A stretch of DNA of 64,000 nt, from NCBI GenBank assembly GCA_964658305.1, contig OZ210884.1, positions 7,006,001 to 7,070,000 on the forward strand, read 5' to 3'. Position 1 is the first letter of the stretch; each line of letters begins with the position of its first letter. Made by a program: the position numbers and the translations under genes. Source of the DNA: Leptogorgia sarmentosa (Eukaryota). The notes under the pieces were generated by a model, which had not been told where the DNA came from, ran no database searches, and saw only the letters and a program-made list of their open reading frames with translations. This document shows positions 1 to 13,330 of this stretch, piece by piece.

Positions 1-1023
1 TAAATAACAAAGCACAGAATTCGGGAAGTATTGATGAAAGATTGCATGCGTATTTGGCCAAAAACACAATAAAAATTTAACAAAAGTGAATAATATGAAT
101 GCCAAATATTCTTTTTTCCGAAAATTACTATGAGTCTATGATCATAATATACCCGATTTATTCAGCATGCATGCAGGTATATTTATTACATTTGATATTA
201 AAACTGATCAGAAATACTTTTGCAAAACGATATACAAATATTTTCCGAATCTTCAGTATGTTTGCGGTAGGTTTCTATACCTTTCACAAACACACATAAA
301 CGCTCGTAAAATCTGTTATTGTCCAAATTTCCTGGGGTAAATAAATCGGGTGTTGCACGATATAGTGTACGTCATCAAGTCAAGTCAACAAAAACAAGTT
401 CATGCAATTGAAATACATGTACAGTAGTTGGCAACATTCCAAAACCTAAAATTAAAGGTGCAAGTTAGTGTTGTCGTTTTTTATTGAACATTTACAGCGT
501 TACAGTTAATATATCTAGTTTTGGTTTCAAAGTTCAATTCAACCATTAAACAAATGAATTTATTCATATATTTACACACATGTAGAGAGTGATTGATCAC
601 ACTCACAAATAAAAATTGTTTTTAAATCATCAACAACCGAATTCAATAATACTTCTATATACAGATATGCACGCTTTAATACAGTGTATATAACAACATC
701 AAATTATATATATATATATATATCAGCAGTAAGCAATGCATTAGAGCAGTAGCGTGGAAATACGATACATGCATGAGGGGTGGGGGCACTCACGAGGCGC
801 CACGATGGTTCGGGGGGACTTGTGCTTTCGTATATTGGAATATTTCACTGCAATTATTAATTATATAATTATTTGGGGAGCAGGGGCAAAAGATATTCCG
901 CCCCTCCTATCCCCCAGTTGCTACGCCTCTGCATTATAACATAATGTTATAATGCTGTCCATTTTAGAATGTTAGGAGGTTTCTAACCCGCGTTTGCTTA
1001 AATTATAAACTAAACAGTTTCTC

Positions 1024-2064
1024 CTATACAGACATATCACTCAAACCTTCGACAAACGTGTTATTCAGTTTCGCCGACACAACCGATGCAGATGTTGATT
1101 TACTCACGACAGTTAGTTTGCATTTGTTGTTGTCTTGAGCTCGAGAGTTCAAAGAAAGCTTTTCTTTCAGTCCGTCGAAATATCGCTTGAAGATTCGAAG
1201 TCTTGCAGCATATACAAGAGGCTGTACAGCAGCATTGAACAACACGGCAAAGTAACACCAGACCACTTTACGAATATATGGCGTAGACTCACGGGATCTT
1301 TTCGATGGATAAAGATAAAATATGATCATCAGTGGAATACAAGATGCGAAAAATATCAAGTTCACAATCAGCAAACGAATGCGCAAACGACAGTTTCTGT
1401 GTGTATCATTGATGACTCCTGGGTTTCGTTCGTCCATTTTGCGTTTGTCTCTTGCTATCTTGAACATGTAGAAGTTCAAAGCAGTGATCATCAGAATGTT
1501 TATGCTGTAATACAGATTCTTTACGTATAACATGTATGGGATGCCTATCAATCGGTTTGACAATATTGACAAAGCTGAAAATATGGTTGCCACGATCCAG
1601 GGAACACATTGCAAACGCACCGCTCGTTGTGTTGTCATCAATGCGGGGCACTTCAGTGCAGAATGTAAGGACAAAAATCGGTTGAATGTCAAGACCAACA
1701 AATTTCCAGAGCTAGTTAACAAGGTGAATTGAATGATAAGACAAAAAATTTCAAATTTTCTTCCCGTAGTAATGCACAAGACTGCTGCGATGGTAGAGAG
1801 ACATGAAACCGAGTCCGCAATCGCTAAACTAAGAACAAATCGATTGGATGGAAAGTCAAGCATAATTTTTCTGAGTCGTAAAATAACAATGATAATAAAA
1901 ACGTTCTCGATAAGCCCAGCAACACCAAGAAATCCATGACATAGCTGAATTGTGAGTATTTCTGCCGGATTGAATGGAGAATGAAGAGTTCCATTTGTCT
2001 TTTCTGAATGATTTTTCACGCCCCACGAGCTGTTTAGTGAACCGTTCATTCTGGAGAATATCAA
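1024..2064 (-). CDS. Intronless class A (rhodopsin-like) orphan GPCR
   Basis: 346-aa ORF with seven hydrophobic segments. TM1 has ENxxxI, TM2 SLAIAD, TM3 ends LTFNRF (DRY equivalent), TM4 has the conserved W, TM7 reads NAAVQPLVY (NPxxY variant). N-terminal N-glycosylation sequons are present. Confidence 0.88.
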   Translation of the reverse strand: MIFSRMNGSLNSSWGVKNHSEKTNGTLHSPFNPAEILTIQLCHGFLGVAGLIENVFIIIVILRLRKIMLDFPSNRFVLSLAIADSVSCLSTIAAVLCITTGRKFEIFCLIIQFTLLTSSGNLLVLTFNRFLSLHSALKCPALMTTQRAVRLQCVPWIVATIFSALSILSNRLIGIPYMLYVKNLYYSINILMITALNFYMFKIARDKRKMDERNPGVINDTHRNCRLRIRLLIVNLIFFASCIPLMIIFYLYPSKRSRESTPYIRKVVWCYFAVLFNAAVQPLVYAARLRIFKRYFDGLKEKLSLNSRAQDNNKCKLTVVSKSTSASVVSAKLNNTFVEGLSDMSV

Positions 2065-5000
2065 GAAAATTTTGGGAACGGTGGTCAGTACTCCCTCAAT
2101 ATTTTCAACACCTGCACTTATGCATAGGAGATGTAATCACGCCTGCATTGACACATAATACACTTTGTTAATTTCTTATTGATATGCATGCATTTTGAGA
2201 ACAATTGCGGGATAATTATCGAGAGACGAATTGTTCAAACAAACTTAATATGCAAAAAATTTGTAAAAATAGCTACAATGTAAAAAATCACTAGATCCGG
2301 TGGAAATATGTAGCACTGTTTACCGACTCAAACCGGCGCCTTAAAATAGTTCTATTAGTCTATACATGTTACGTAACATGTTTTTTGCATTTCACATACT
2401 GCGTGTTTTGATTTTACACAACAGTATTTTTCCTTAAAAACTGTATTGAATTATTAACGAGTTTATTAAATGATAATTCAATTATAATGTTAATTCATTG
2501 GTCTTTTTGAAAGTTTCGAATGTGTTAAGGTCGGCACAGCTGCTCTCCATTTACGCACGATTCATCGAAAATTCAAACACTGCAAAATCTTAGTATAAAT
2601 GTGAAACTTTGTCGTTACCTATAAAGAAATGACGGGACGTGGTTTGACATTGCTGGATGATGAGCTGACGTGTTGAACTGAGAACTGGAGTACATGTTAT
2701 TGAATATTTTCGGTATAAAACCCTTCTTTGTTATGATTTAACATTAAATAGAACGCGCGAATACTAACGAGTCGGCATCTATGATGTTTTTTAAAACTAT
2801 TTTGGCGGTATTTTTGCAGTATTGTGCCTGGGGTGGAGAAGATTTGTTTAAGCTCGTCAGCCAATCGGATCGCGCTTTAATTACTTACGCCATGATACTG
2901 ACAAGTATATATTACGCATTGAAATGATCATGTCTCTGTGTAATCACACGAGAAGGCCTGGGACTTGAGTGATGTCATATCGCACCAGTTTCACGCCCAC
3001 ACTGTAAGAATGTTTTCTCGGTAGTAATAAAACAATAATAATTGTGACATAACGTAACATATATTTACGTCAAAGAAATAATAAGAAAAGTCATTGATTT
3101 ATTTATTTTCATTTTGCTCATCATCACGTGCTTATGGATATTAACGAAACTGACAGCTACATTATGTGTAATGCCAAATTAGCCAGCTTTAAGCAAGCGA
3201 CGTTTTTCACTTCACAGACGCCAACCGGAAGTGAATCAAGCCATTATAGCCAATGAACAGCTCGATTGACTCTTCATTGGCGTGCGTGTTGTCAAAAACG
3301 TCACTTGTCTCACAGCGCTAGATTCCAGGAATTTCATAAAAAGCTAGGAAATCTAACACTGTAGACTACATGTTCAGACATGTTAAACGTATCCTTAATT
3401 AAAGATATTATATTATCCCACTTTGTGCTGAAAGAATGTCTGCTGCAATGTAGAATGTAAAGAGTCGATTTACTTTGTTCTTTACTCTACACATGCAAGG
3501 CATATAGAAGTTACTGGGCCATGTTTGTGCAAGTATATTCCCTCAACATTGTTATATATACAGAAATTGAGTTCCATCACTTGTATATTTCTATTTCCTT
3601 CTTCGTTTTTCAATTTCACTTCCTCATTGACTTATCACACGCTTGATTCACAAACTGAAAGAGAAACGCATACCATGATTGGTTAATTTCAAGAGCAAGC
3701 GAGAATGAAATAAATGCATATATTATCTCCACTAGGGTCAAATTGCATTTTCACGATTATTTGTAATCAGATGTGCCGCTGCGAAGCTCCTGCTATGCTA
3801 AACTAAACAGCTATAATCATCTACGTTGTGTAAAATTGCTCATTTTAGTCTTCAGCAGAAGTTGTGTATTTCACCACGTTGGCTTGGTAGTCGAGTTGCA
3901 GCAATATGATCAGAAACGTTGCAGTTAGCACGTTTGTTCTCGCTTTTATTCAACATGTCAACTTTGTCTGCGGTAAGATTCTTTGATTATGAAAAATTGC
4001 TTTCTTTTGTTGAATATAGAATAAATCCATTTAAAATCTAAACAAGTTATTGCATGTATGCATTGCACAAAGTAATGCGGACGCTTGGCAGGAAAAATTA
4101 CAATCCCATGAGCGGATGGGTAACAGAAGTTTCTCTTTCTCGCGGAAGTCGTGATGCTTATGAGCGTACCTGCATAACTTACCTTGGGAAATCTGGTGTA
4201 ATTTGCTCCTGTCTGGTCAAATCTACTTTCAACTTTGTGAATCGAACAGCCACAACCGTTTTATTATGCTCTTCGTTTCAATAATGCAGTAATATATTGT
4301 TCAACGTGTGAAGGAATAAGTCGAAGAAAAACTACTTGTACCAAACTATAGGCTACAATCTAGTCTATAATTATATAAGGAAGTAAACCGAAGTCTGACT
4401 ATCATTGCACCCTGCCAGCTCAAGAGACTGTCGCCCTGCAGATTTGTGCATCTTGTTTCTTTGAGTGCTACCACTGTACAAGTACTCTACATTGTTTAGG
4501 AGGCGTTGTGTGGCGAGAGGTGTATACCACTTCAAAACGGTTTATAATACGAATTAATTGCATGTTTATCAGCGACAGTCAGCGAGTTTCATCCAAATCA
4601 AAGTTGGATTGAATGTCTTATGGTCCTAATTGAACTTTCGGCTTTCCTGAAGCGAGTGAATACGTGTGAATTATTTTGTGAAGGACTAGTGCAGTCCTGC
4701 AGGTAATTAACAGAAAATTCCTTCGCTCAGCTTTCAATACATGCTTGGATTATTTGAATACTGATGTGACCGGATCAAATTATTTGACAATTTGTGGCGG
4801 AATCTGTCAACAAACAGTAGAGTTTATATACGTTCAAAAGATAAATGTGTTTATAATATGTCAAAATACTTTTTATTCAGCTAGGTTTGGAGAAGATATA
4901 GTATACTATATATATATAATTTTTTAACATGTCAAGGTAAATCAAAATTTGATGGAAGCCGCCCGATTCGGCTCGTTGATTAAATACACTTTACAGATAA

Positions 5001-5475
5001 TAATTAACCCTCATTTACGAACTCTTAAGTATTCCCATCATATTATTGTCTGCTCCCTGCTGTCTTTACAACGTGGGAATGCTCAATGTAGCTCCTTTCA
5101 TATACACTGGATAAAAAATCGAATTAATTTCAAGCAATTTGGTGAAATTCAAGCAAATTCATTAAATAAGCCTGGCGTTTATATAATTTGTATATCGTTT
5201 ATTCTGTTCCCAACGTTTTTAAACGACTTTAGTAACTATATAGTGCCGCTTGAAGTGCCGAATCTAAAATCTGAACATAAGTTGACATTCAATTCCCATT
5301 TTCAATAATATTTTGATTGACATGTATACATGTAATCGCGATGGCATTGCCGCATTGGGTCCTCCTAAAATTAAAGTTTAAGTTTCACTTGTGTTTTCAA
5401 AACTGCATGCATACATGAAATTAAATTGTAATTTTCCACGGGCCCCATGCAATTACCTATACTAATTATTACTGT

Positions 5476-5810
5476 AACTTGTTTCAAAAGGCCTACTCTG
5501 GGTCTAAACTCGCCGCAGGTTTAGGCATGGTAAAAGCGAGTTAAGGCGAGTTAAGGGAAATCATGCTATGTAGCTGGTGCGAGTTTGTACGAGTTAAGGC
5601 GAGTTTGTGCCAGTTAAGGCGAGTTTGTGCCAGTTAAGGCGAGTTTAGGCGAGTTTAGGCGAGTTTAGGCGAGTTTAAGCGAGTTTAGGCGAGTTTAGGC
5701 GAGTTTAAGCGAGTTTAGGCGAGTTAAGGGTAAAAGATCATTTCAATATGCTGCGAGTTTAGGCGAGTTTGGGCGAGTTTAGACCCCAGAGTAGGTTTTT
5801 CAAACAAGTT
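5476..5810. mobile_element. TIR-bounded MITE-like element with internal 10-bp tandem repeat (GGCGAGTTTA)n
   Basis: CCTACTCTGGGTCTAAACTCGCC (5492-5514) is inverted at 5772-5795 with a 1-nt indel. Outer AACTTGTTT/AAACAAGTT is also inverted. The interior is an array of GGCGAGTT(T/A)A units. Confidence 0.75.
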
Positions 5811-6224
5811 GTTTATACATTCCGGATATGAATTACGTCACAATGAACCATGGGAAAAATATTTGGCCAAGACCGCGCAAAGAAAGCCTGGGGTGAGCCC
5901 GTCAGTTTACCTTGGAAAATTTCTAATCTCGTGCTATTTTACCACAGTCAAATTTGATTAAAGACCAAGCTATATGAAAACTTTACATTGATTCTTGAAA
6001 AATATTAATATGTCTATACTATTGTGATGTCACTTGAAAAGATTAGAGAAGATAATGGGCAACAAAATTTCACTATGATAAAAAAACTGAAACCTAATAA
6101 TGAGTGCAATGAAGCATTCTTTACCCCCACCCGCAGAATTACTTGATTACAAAATCAATCATATATACCGAAACAGCAATACTTGTAATTTTCTAGGCTC
6201 ATTGAAACAAACCCAATACCTCAA

Positions 6225-6511
6225 AACATTGTTAGGCCTGGGTGTTGCACCATGTTGGATTATGTTGGCTTTGAAACGCAAACCCAAATAATCGCGTGAC
6301 ACGATGAAAAGACGTAGATCTTTTTGAAAACGGTGTGCACGCATCACAATGTTGGACGAAAAATCTAGACAATTTGGCTTAAACCACACAAGCCAACATC
6401 TTCCAACATCATCCAATATGATCATCCAACATAATGTTTAAACGAGGCGAACTTGTGGCACCGAAAAATGTTGAATGATGTTGTATATGTTGGCTTCGTT
6501 TGAACAAACCT
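6225..6511. repeat. Degenerate palindromic MITE-like remnant (ATGTTGG/CCAACAT motifs)
   Basis: Repeated ATGTTGG and CCAACAT motifs in both orientations; right end CGTTTGAACAAACC. Termini are eroded. Confidence 0.4.
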
Positions 6512-6848
6512 CTATAGCTAGCTTGCCACTTTACTGCACAACTGGAAATTTTGAATGGACAGGACTATTCATATTATAGGCTATTTTTCCACGCAGACAA
6601 ATCAGGACGGAAAGAAAACAAATTTTCCCAGAAGAACTGCTGCAATGAGCGGGAAAGTGCTGTAATGTGCAGGAAATATATATAGCCCTACAAAGTTTCC
6701 AAATTTTCTCATTATTATGTTGTTTGCAAAAATTGCAACCGCACTCTGCTCGCAGCTCAGTAGCCTCGTTCTCACTTTTTAGATCATAAGTTAGTCTGTA
6801 ATGGGAATCGTCATTTAGTAAAGCATTTTTACATTTGTCTCCTTGCAG

Positions 6849-9145
6849 GTCAAAACAATTCAGCAGCATCCTCTATTCAAAGCCATTTGCACATCACCTC
6901 CGTTGTTAGTACATCGAAAAAAACATCTGGAGTTAGATCCACTAGTACCTTTAGTACTGACCTGAGAGGAACCACTACGATAGCGCCTAGTGTGACGATA
7001 TCAGATAAACTTGAGTCATCTACACTTCAATCAGAATCTTCTCGTCCGTCTGTTACTGGAACTGAAAATGTGCCATTATCTACATTTGCTTCTTCGACAT
7101 CAATATATTCGAATGACATGAGTTCAACTTTCTATCCTACCAAAAGCTCGGTAAATCCCTCTGGTTCAGTTCTAAAAACAAGTTTGAATTCGGGAAATTC
7201 TCACGGTTATGCTACGTCCTCTTCAAGATTCCCCTCCTCAAGTACTGCATCTTCAGCTGCTTCTATCATTCATTCATCTACAGCTGTGACTACAAGTTCT
7301 ATATTTCAAAACGTTCATTCCACTTCAGCTCGTATGATGTCATCGTCAAAAACTACTATTTCAACCACAGTTATTAGTTCAGCAACATTGGAAACGTCTT
7401 CCAATACGCTTGTTCGACCAACATCCTTGTTCAGCTCATCTTTGAACTCCTTTACTGTTCACACTTTTTCTACAAGTGAGGTTCCAACAACTAATAAACC
7501 GGTTGTGACCACAATTACGTCATACCGTGAATCTTCTACAATTTCTTTTAGTTCTCCTCCACAAGAAACCATTGTCTCTCGCTCACATGAAACAACACTC
7601 TCTCAGATTATTTCTTCAACTCCAAGGCTCTTAATGACATCGTCTAGTAATAATTCGTCTCTCAGATCGACAGAAATAACCACCGTCAGGTCAGCACAAT
7701 CAAGGACGCCCTCCTTACGTACTACCAAAACTAGTATAAAAAACCTAGCATCTTCGAGCAGTATTAAAGTGCTGCAAAACATCTTTCTGGAGTTCGATGG
7801 GAAACTGGTTGTCTCACCAAAGTCGTTATCCAATGAATATTACAATAACTTCAAAAAACTTTCCGGTTCCGTCGAAAGTATTTTAGATGAGGCATTAAAA
7901 GAAGTGAATGGATACATTTATTCAAAGGTTTTGTCGATAAACACGCGGGAAAACAAATCCAAGTTCGAATGTTCTTTCAAGCTATTCTTGAGGCAGCCAA
8001 GTTCAGAAACAGCTTCTACATTGGTCATGAAGATAAAGAAATATAACGAGACAGAAGGATTTGGACAGTTTACGTTGCATTCGGTGGCAACAAGTGTTCC
8101 TTGTGATCAATCATCCTCCAAGAAAAGTTTGTATTTATGGGCAATTGTGGTGATTGCCGTATTGGGAGCCCTTTGCTTGGTTCTCTTAGCAGCATTTGTC
8201 TACACTCGGGTATGTATAGCTTACTAATTTTTTCTCCATGTTTAATTGCTAGACCTATTTTATTAAAGTTATATTTAATTAAGCTGTAAATCCTAACGTT
8301 ATGGCGGTAGCTTGTGCTTACCCTCATTTTATAGCTACTGTACCACACCAGAATTCCGCCCACCCTCTCTATTGTAGTACCCAGTTATTTTATGCTAAAG
8401 TGTAACCTAATTTCTTTCGTCCCCGCGTCCACTCGCATGCCTTTATGAAGCTTGCCATATAAGGATATGATTTTATTTCTTGTGCACTAACTCTGATATT
8501 TGTTTATTTCTATTTTGTAACAACGTTGAGATCACTCTTATATGTCAAAATTTGCAGAGAAAATTAAAAAAGAAGAGGAATCAATCTTTGGCTAATCAAG
8601 ACAACAACAGTAATAATCTCAGATATAAAGATTTCTTCCCATCAGTGTTTGATGGTAACGATGATTCTCAAAATGTTCCCTTACAATTGACAAGTGTTTC
8701 GCCCTCCGATTCCAAGAAACCGCTGAGAATTAGTGACGAAATGGACACTGATACTGACCCGGAAGAGGAAAATGGGAAAAAATCTGACAAAAGTTCCTTT
8801 GGAGAAAATGGAATAAAAGAAGACAAATCAAGCGCAGAGGTAATGTTAAAAAAACAACGAAAATGGTTTTACTTTTGCATTGTCATTAAATATGTTACAT
8901 TTAAGATTTTTGTTAATGGCAATTAAGATGGACCCAATAAATCCATGTTCCTAAAATTCTATCGATTTTATTTCCAGTTCTGCCTGCGATTGTGGAAAAT
9001 AATAACAACAACAACCAAATGATTATTTATTATTCGTACGTTTTTTTAGGAACCAGCTCAACCATCAAACGTCACATTACATGTTCAAGATGCTGATGAT
9101 GAAGACGATCAAACTAAATTCAGTACATTTTCGAGAAAACGTTGA
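6849..9145 (+). CDS. Mucin-like single-pass membrane protein: Ser/Thr-rich stalk, SEA-like domain, TM, acidic tail (5' exon(s) not located)
   Basis: Exons 6849-8209 (ttgcag|GT; CGG|gtatgt), 8558-8839 (RKLKKKR stop-transfer) and 9050-9145 (ends FSRKR*). About 300 aa are S/T-rich, followed by a SEA-like alpha/beta segment and TM LWAIVVIAVLGALCLVLLAAFVY. Confidence 0.75.
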
Positions 9146-10492
9146 AACAATAAATAAATGACATAATACAGTCAGGTAGCTGTACATTTGTGGTCTACAG
9201 TAACTAACTTTCCCATTCCCTGCTCCAACCCCAATGGAGATTGGGCCAATGCTTGATCCCCCTTTCCAATGTTGAGTAAGACCGCTGAACACGGGGTGAA
9301 TTGAAAAAAGATCATGTCTTACCAATATTGAACTTGGGAATAGAGCCAACATTTTTATCCCACATTTTATCGCACTTTAACCAAACATAGGGAGTTAGTT
9401 AAGGGGTATGTCGGTATGTTATTTGTTGTGAATTACTTTCATATGTATTTTGGAAGTCAATCTAGCTGTAAGTAACACCCATGATAGCAGCTACCTTGCT
9501 ATAACTGATCGAATTTCTATCAATAACGTAATGGGCAATTTGTCAACATCAGTATGAACTACCAAGTCAATCATGGATAGATATGGTTGTATCAAAGCCG
9601 GATGTGTAGCTTTTGCAGTCAATAGTTCATAAATTTGTTTGATGTTTTGAATTCTCCGCCATTCAAGCTAAACGTCTTTGATATAAACGGCCAAAGAGAT
9701 CCCACTGAGCTTATCGTAGATTGGTAACCATAGAGTTGCAAAAATCGTTATAGGACGAACTCGACAATTGATGTAAATATAAAATAACACTATCATATCT
9801 TGATTAATTATTTTTATTGAAACAATAGCTATAATTATGAAAAGTCAATACAGTCATACGTTTTAGTGATATACATGCAGATATTATTCATTCAGCTTTA
9901 GTGTGTCAGCTATTAATTTTCGTGTAAGTAATCTCGAAATTTCAATACATTCCACCAATTAAATATATACTAAATGTGGATTTTCACATCTTCTTCGCTA
10001 ATAGTTAAAATGCATTATTGATCTGTAACTGCGCACCCTGAATGAAACGCAGGGGCACCAGAAGGACTGAAAAGCGGCGGGGGCAAGATCTTGAAAAGCG
10101 CTCTAGTAGCTGGAGGATCTGGAGGTCTGGACTCTCCTGTGAGTTCATAATTCTGACTATTTACCAATTCGTTTTTGTAGAAAAAGAGCGGAATTAGTTG
10201 CCTCTGCAGCCCCCATGGGTCTTCATGGCCCTGGCCCTAAAATCTGTTTTTCCTCATTAAATATGCTATATGTATGTACACTTTAGCTAATTAATTTTTA
10301 AAATTTGACGCACATAATGCGCTGTTCAGGTCCTGCAATGATTCTACTGCTCAACAAGTCTTATATTCTGCAGATTGAATTTGTACATTTGACGAAATCA
10401 CAAGCGAGGGCTTTCTTAAACGTTTAACGATGATTATATGTATACGTATATAAACACATGATCATTTTCATGAATTGAAAATCCTTTGTTCA

Positions 10493-13330
10493 TCATGAAT
10501 GGTATTTTTCAGAAATCTTGCAAACGATCCACAAGGCAAATGCAATACCGATGAGCTATAAAAAATCCAAAGAACGTAATGAATTTTGGTAAAGGCGGTA
10601 GTGCAGACTAATGAAGTAATAATTTCTCGATATATATTTCACTATGGAAGCAAGCTACAATGTTGTTATGAAAAGACATAAATCAAATAATAGTACCTCA
10701 ACCAACGTAACAATTCCAGCAATTACAGCAAGAACTGCTAATTCATCGCTTGCTTTGTCTTTAATGGCCGTGTGACATCCCTAAGATGAGAAACAATTGC
10801 ATGGTCATTAGAAATAGTCTTAAAATCGCAACGATGTAATATGGACACTATAGGATACTAGAATTTGTATAGATAATGATGTTTCATAAATTTTCATAAT
10901 TATCACAACGAAATATAATTATTATACTATTTTCGTATAGCTTAATTGTCGTAGCTATCTACATTTGTAAAGTGATCAAATAAATTCTTAGAATATGGGC
11001 CTGAAAAATCAGGGCTGTAGCTGAGCGTGTTAATTCATATATTCATGTTCTGCCCGGCAGATTTCGTTTGACTAAATGTTTCAAATAAATTTAATTTCTA
11101 CCTTATCAATGTTAGAGTAACAGCTTGTTGGAGTGGTAACGTTGAATGGTCTATTTCTAGCATGTGCGAAATCCTTTCCATCTAATACACCACAACAAGA
11201 CAACTAAAAAAATAGAATGAATAAATTCATAAATTGTTCATCATTGGAAACATGTAGTGTACATTATAATTTATAATTTGCAATTCAGCGTAAAAAAAGG
11301 TGGTGATTGTGGTAGGAAATGGTTCACACCTCGAAAGAAAGTCTTTTGACGAAGAGGCATGCATAAAGCTAAAATTTCGGATTATTAAGTATTTTTGTGT
11401 CATTTAATTTTTATTCGGTGATTTCTTTTAACGTGACAACGAAAAAATTCTTATGAGTGAAAAATCTATGAAGTAACACTTAGTATGCATTAATTCAGTT
11501 TTTACTGTCAATAATATCCTAGCTCTCATCCTTAAATCAAGTTTAGCGTTGGTCAATTTTCTACGATGGCCAAGGGATTTTTCGATGTGGGTATTTCGAT
11601 ATGCTATCCTGTAATTTATCTACAAAATTTAGTCTAGTGTACCTCCATTTGTATTTTATCCCAAGACGTTTTCATTTTGTTGTCGGCGTAATATTCAACC
11701 AGTGTGCCGTTCATGCAGTTTTTAAGTTCGTCTTCCACCTTTTGAAAGAAAAACACAATCTCTTAATTATTTCCTTATTCTAAGCAATCAACACTGTACC
11801 AAGACGATTGGACCAATAACTGTAGTACTTGCCTCTGTTTTATAAACAACGGATAAAATGCCAATGGTAACTTCCATTAAAAACAATGTGAACAGACAAC
11901 AGATGAACTAAAAGCACAAAGGGAATAATTAACACTGATTAACATTGATCAAACATAGCTGTCCAGGGTTCACGGAACAGTAATGTTGGAAATTGGAATA
12001 TTCATTTGTATGTTTGTCACAATTGTTCGATTTTCTATTTTTTTAAAGCTAGTTCGTTCACCGGCAACCAGGTATAATATCGCGAGACATAAATTTGCAT
12101 ATGCACTGTCCCCCATGCAGTTAATTATGCTTGGCTTCAAGCAAACACAAGCAGTTTATCTACTACTTGCTATCGCCCTGTCATATCGCCTTTACAATCT
12201 TGTTTGTTTTTAGAACTTTTCAAATTTGCAGTTTTGTTTAATATTTTGTGTAAGTTATATTGTTATGCATAATCAATTTTAAGTGCTTCAAATCCATCTT
12301 GAAATAGCAATATTATATCGCCCCGATAGTGTATGCATGCCGATAATATAGGGGCGTGAAAATCCATCTGCACGAGAGAGTTTCTTAAAATCTTTATTCA
12401 TGCATAATCCTCGCAAGAATTATATCTGTTCAGTACAACAAGAGTATAGTGTAACGAAATGAAAGAAGAAATAGAAGTAATACCGAAAGGAGAATGGATC
12501 TGCTTTCTCTTAGCGTTCCAAGAAAACCAATCGCTGAAACGATGATGATGAACAAACCGGAAGCAATAGTGATGTAAGCTACTGAGTGATAGTCAAATTT
12601 ATCACAAACTTCAAGATACAAGAAACGATCTTCTCTGTCGACACGGACGACGATACCAGCGACAAGAACTCCAATTCCACACAGCTAGATTAAAAAATAT
12701 TCCAAATATTTCACAAATTGCAGCAGGTTTGCATGTGGTGACAAAACGGAACGGAGTTCAGTTTGAATTAGCAAGGTGTTTTTAACATTTGATATTTTGT
12801 AAATCGGTGAATACTTAATTCAGCGCTAGCTTTTGTTGGGAAGTCGTTCAAGTTCGTCAAAACATGTGTATAGTGTGCTTTTGTTTTCTTTTCCTCTTTT
12901 TTAAGTTGGACTGCCGACAGTGATATAAACAATGTAATTATAATAAATACGTCAACCCTGTTAACTGCTGTATATGCAGTTCGTGATTCAGAACTCACCA
13001 TCCATAGCACTGAAAAGTTATCTTTACTTTAATGACTGATCGAATTATATAATAAAAGACCCCCAACAACATTTGCAGTCAACGGAGCCGAATTAGGAAA
13101 CTGTGAATGTATAGTCTCTGTAAGAAGATCAAAGTTAAGCGGAGGTATAATTATAAAACATGCTGCTGACCATCCACAGTTTTCCAAATCACTAGTCTGC
13201 AGTTGGCACAAAAAGTGTATAGTTATAAATAGTTACATGTGAAATACGACATAGAAAGATGTATACTTACACAAAATACAAGGTTGAATATGATCATAAG
13301 ATAACGAAGACATTTATAAGCACTAGCCAT
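10493..13330 (-). CDS. Tetraspanin (7 coding exons)
   Basis: Spliced protein MASAYKCLRYLMIIFNLVFC-LCGIGVLVAG...GFLGTLRES...LSCCGV (CCG motif)...PTSC...GC...TM4, stop at 10493-10495. Exons at about 13271-13330, 12484-12684, 11833-11907, 11643-11738, 11102-11203, 10697-10780 and 10493-10555. Confidence 0.92.

Noticed and set aside
3956..4702. Candidate upstream exons for the mucin/SEA-like gene (ATG...GCG|gtaag near 3956-3972; CAG|gtaatt near 4702)
   Set aside because: I could not build a phase-compatible chain or a signal peptide leading to the 6849 acceptor.
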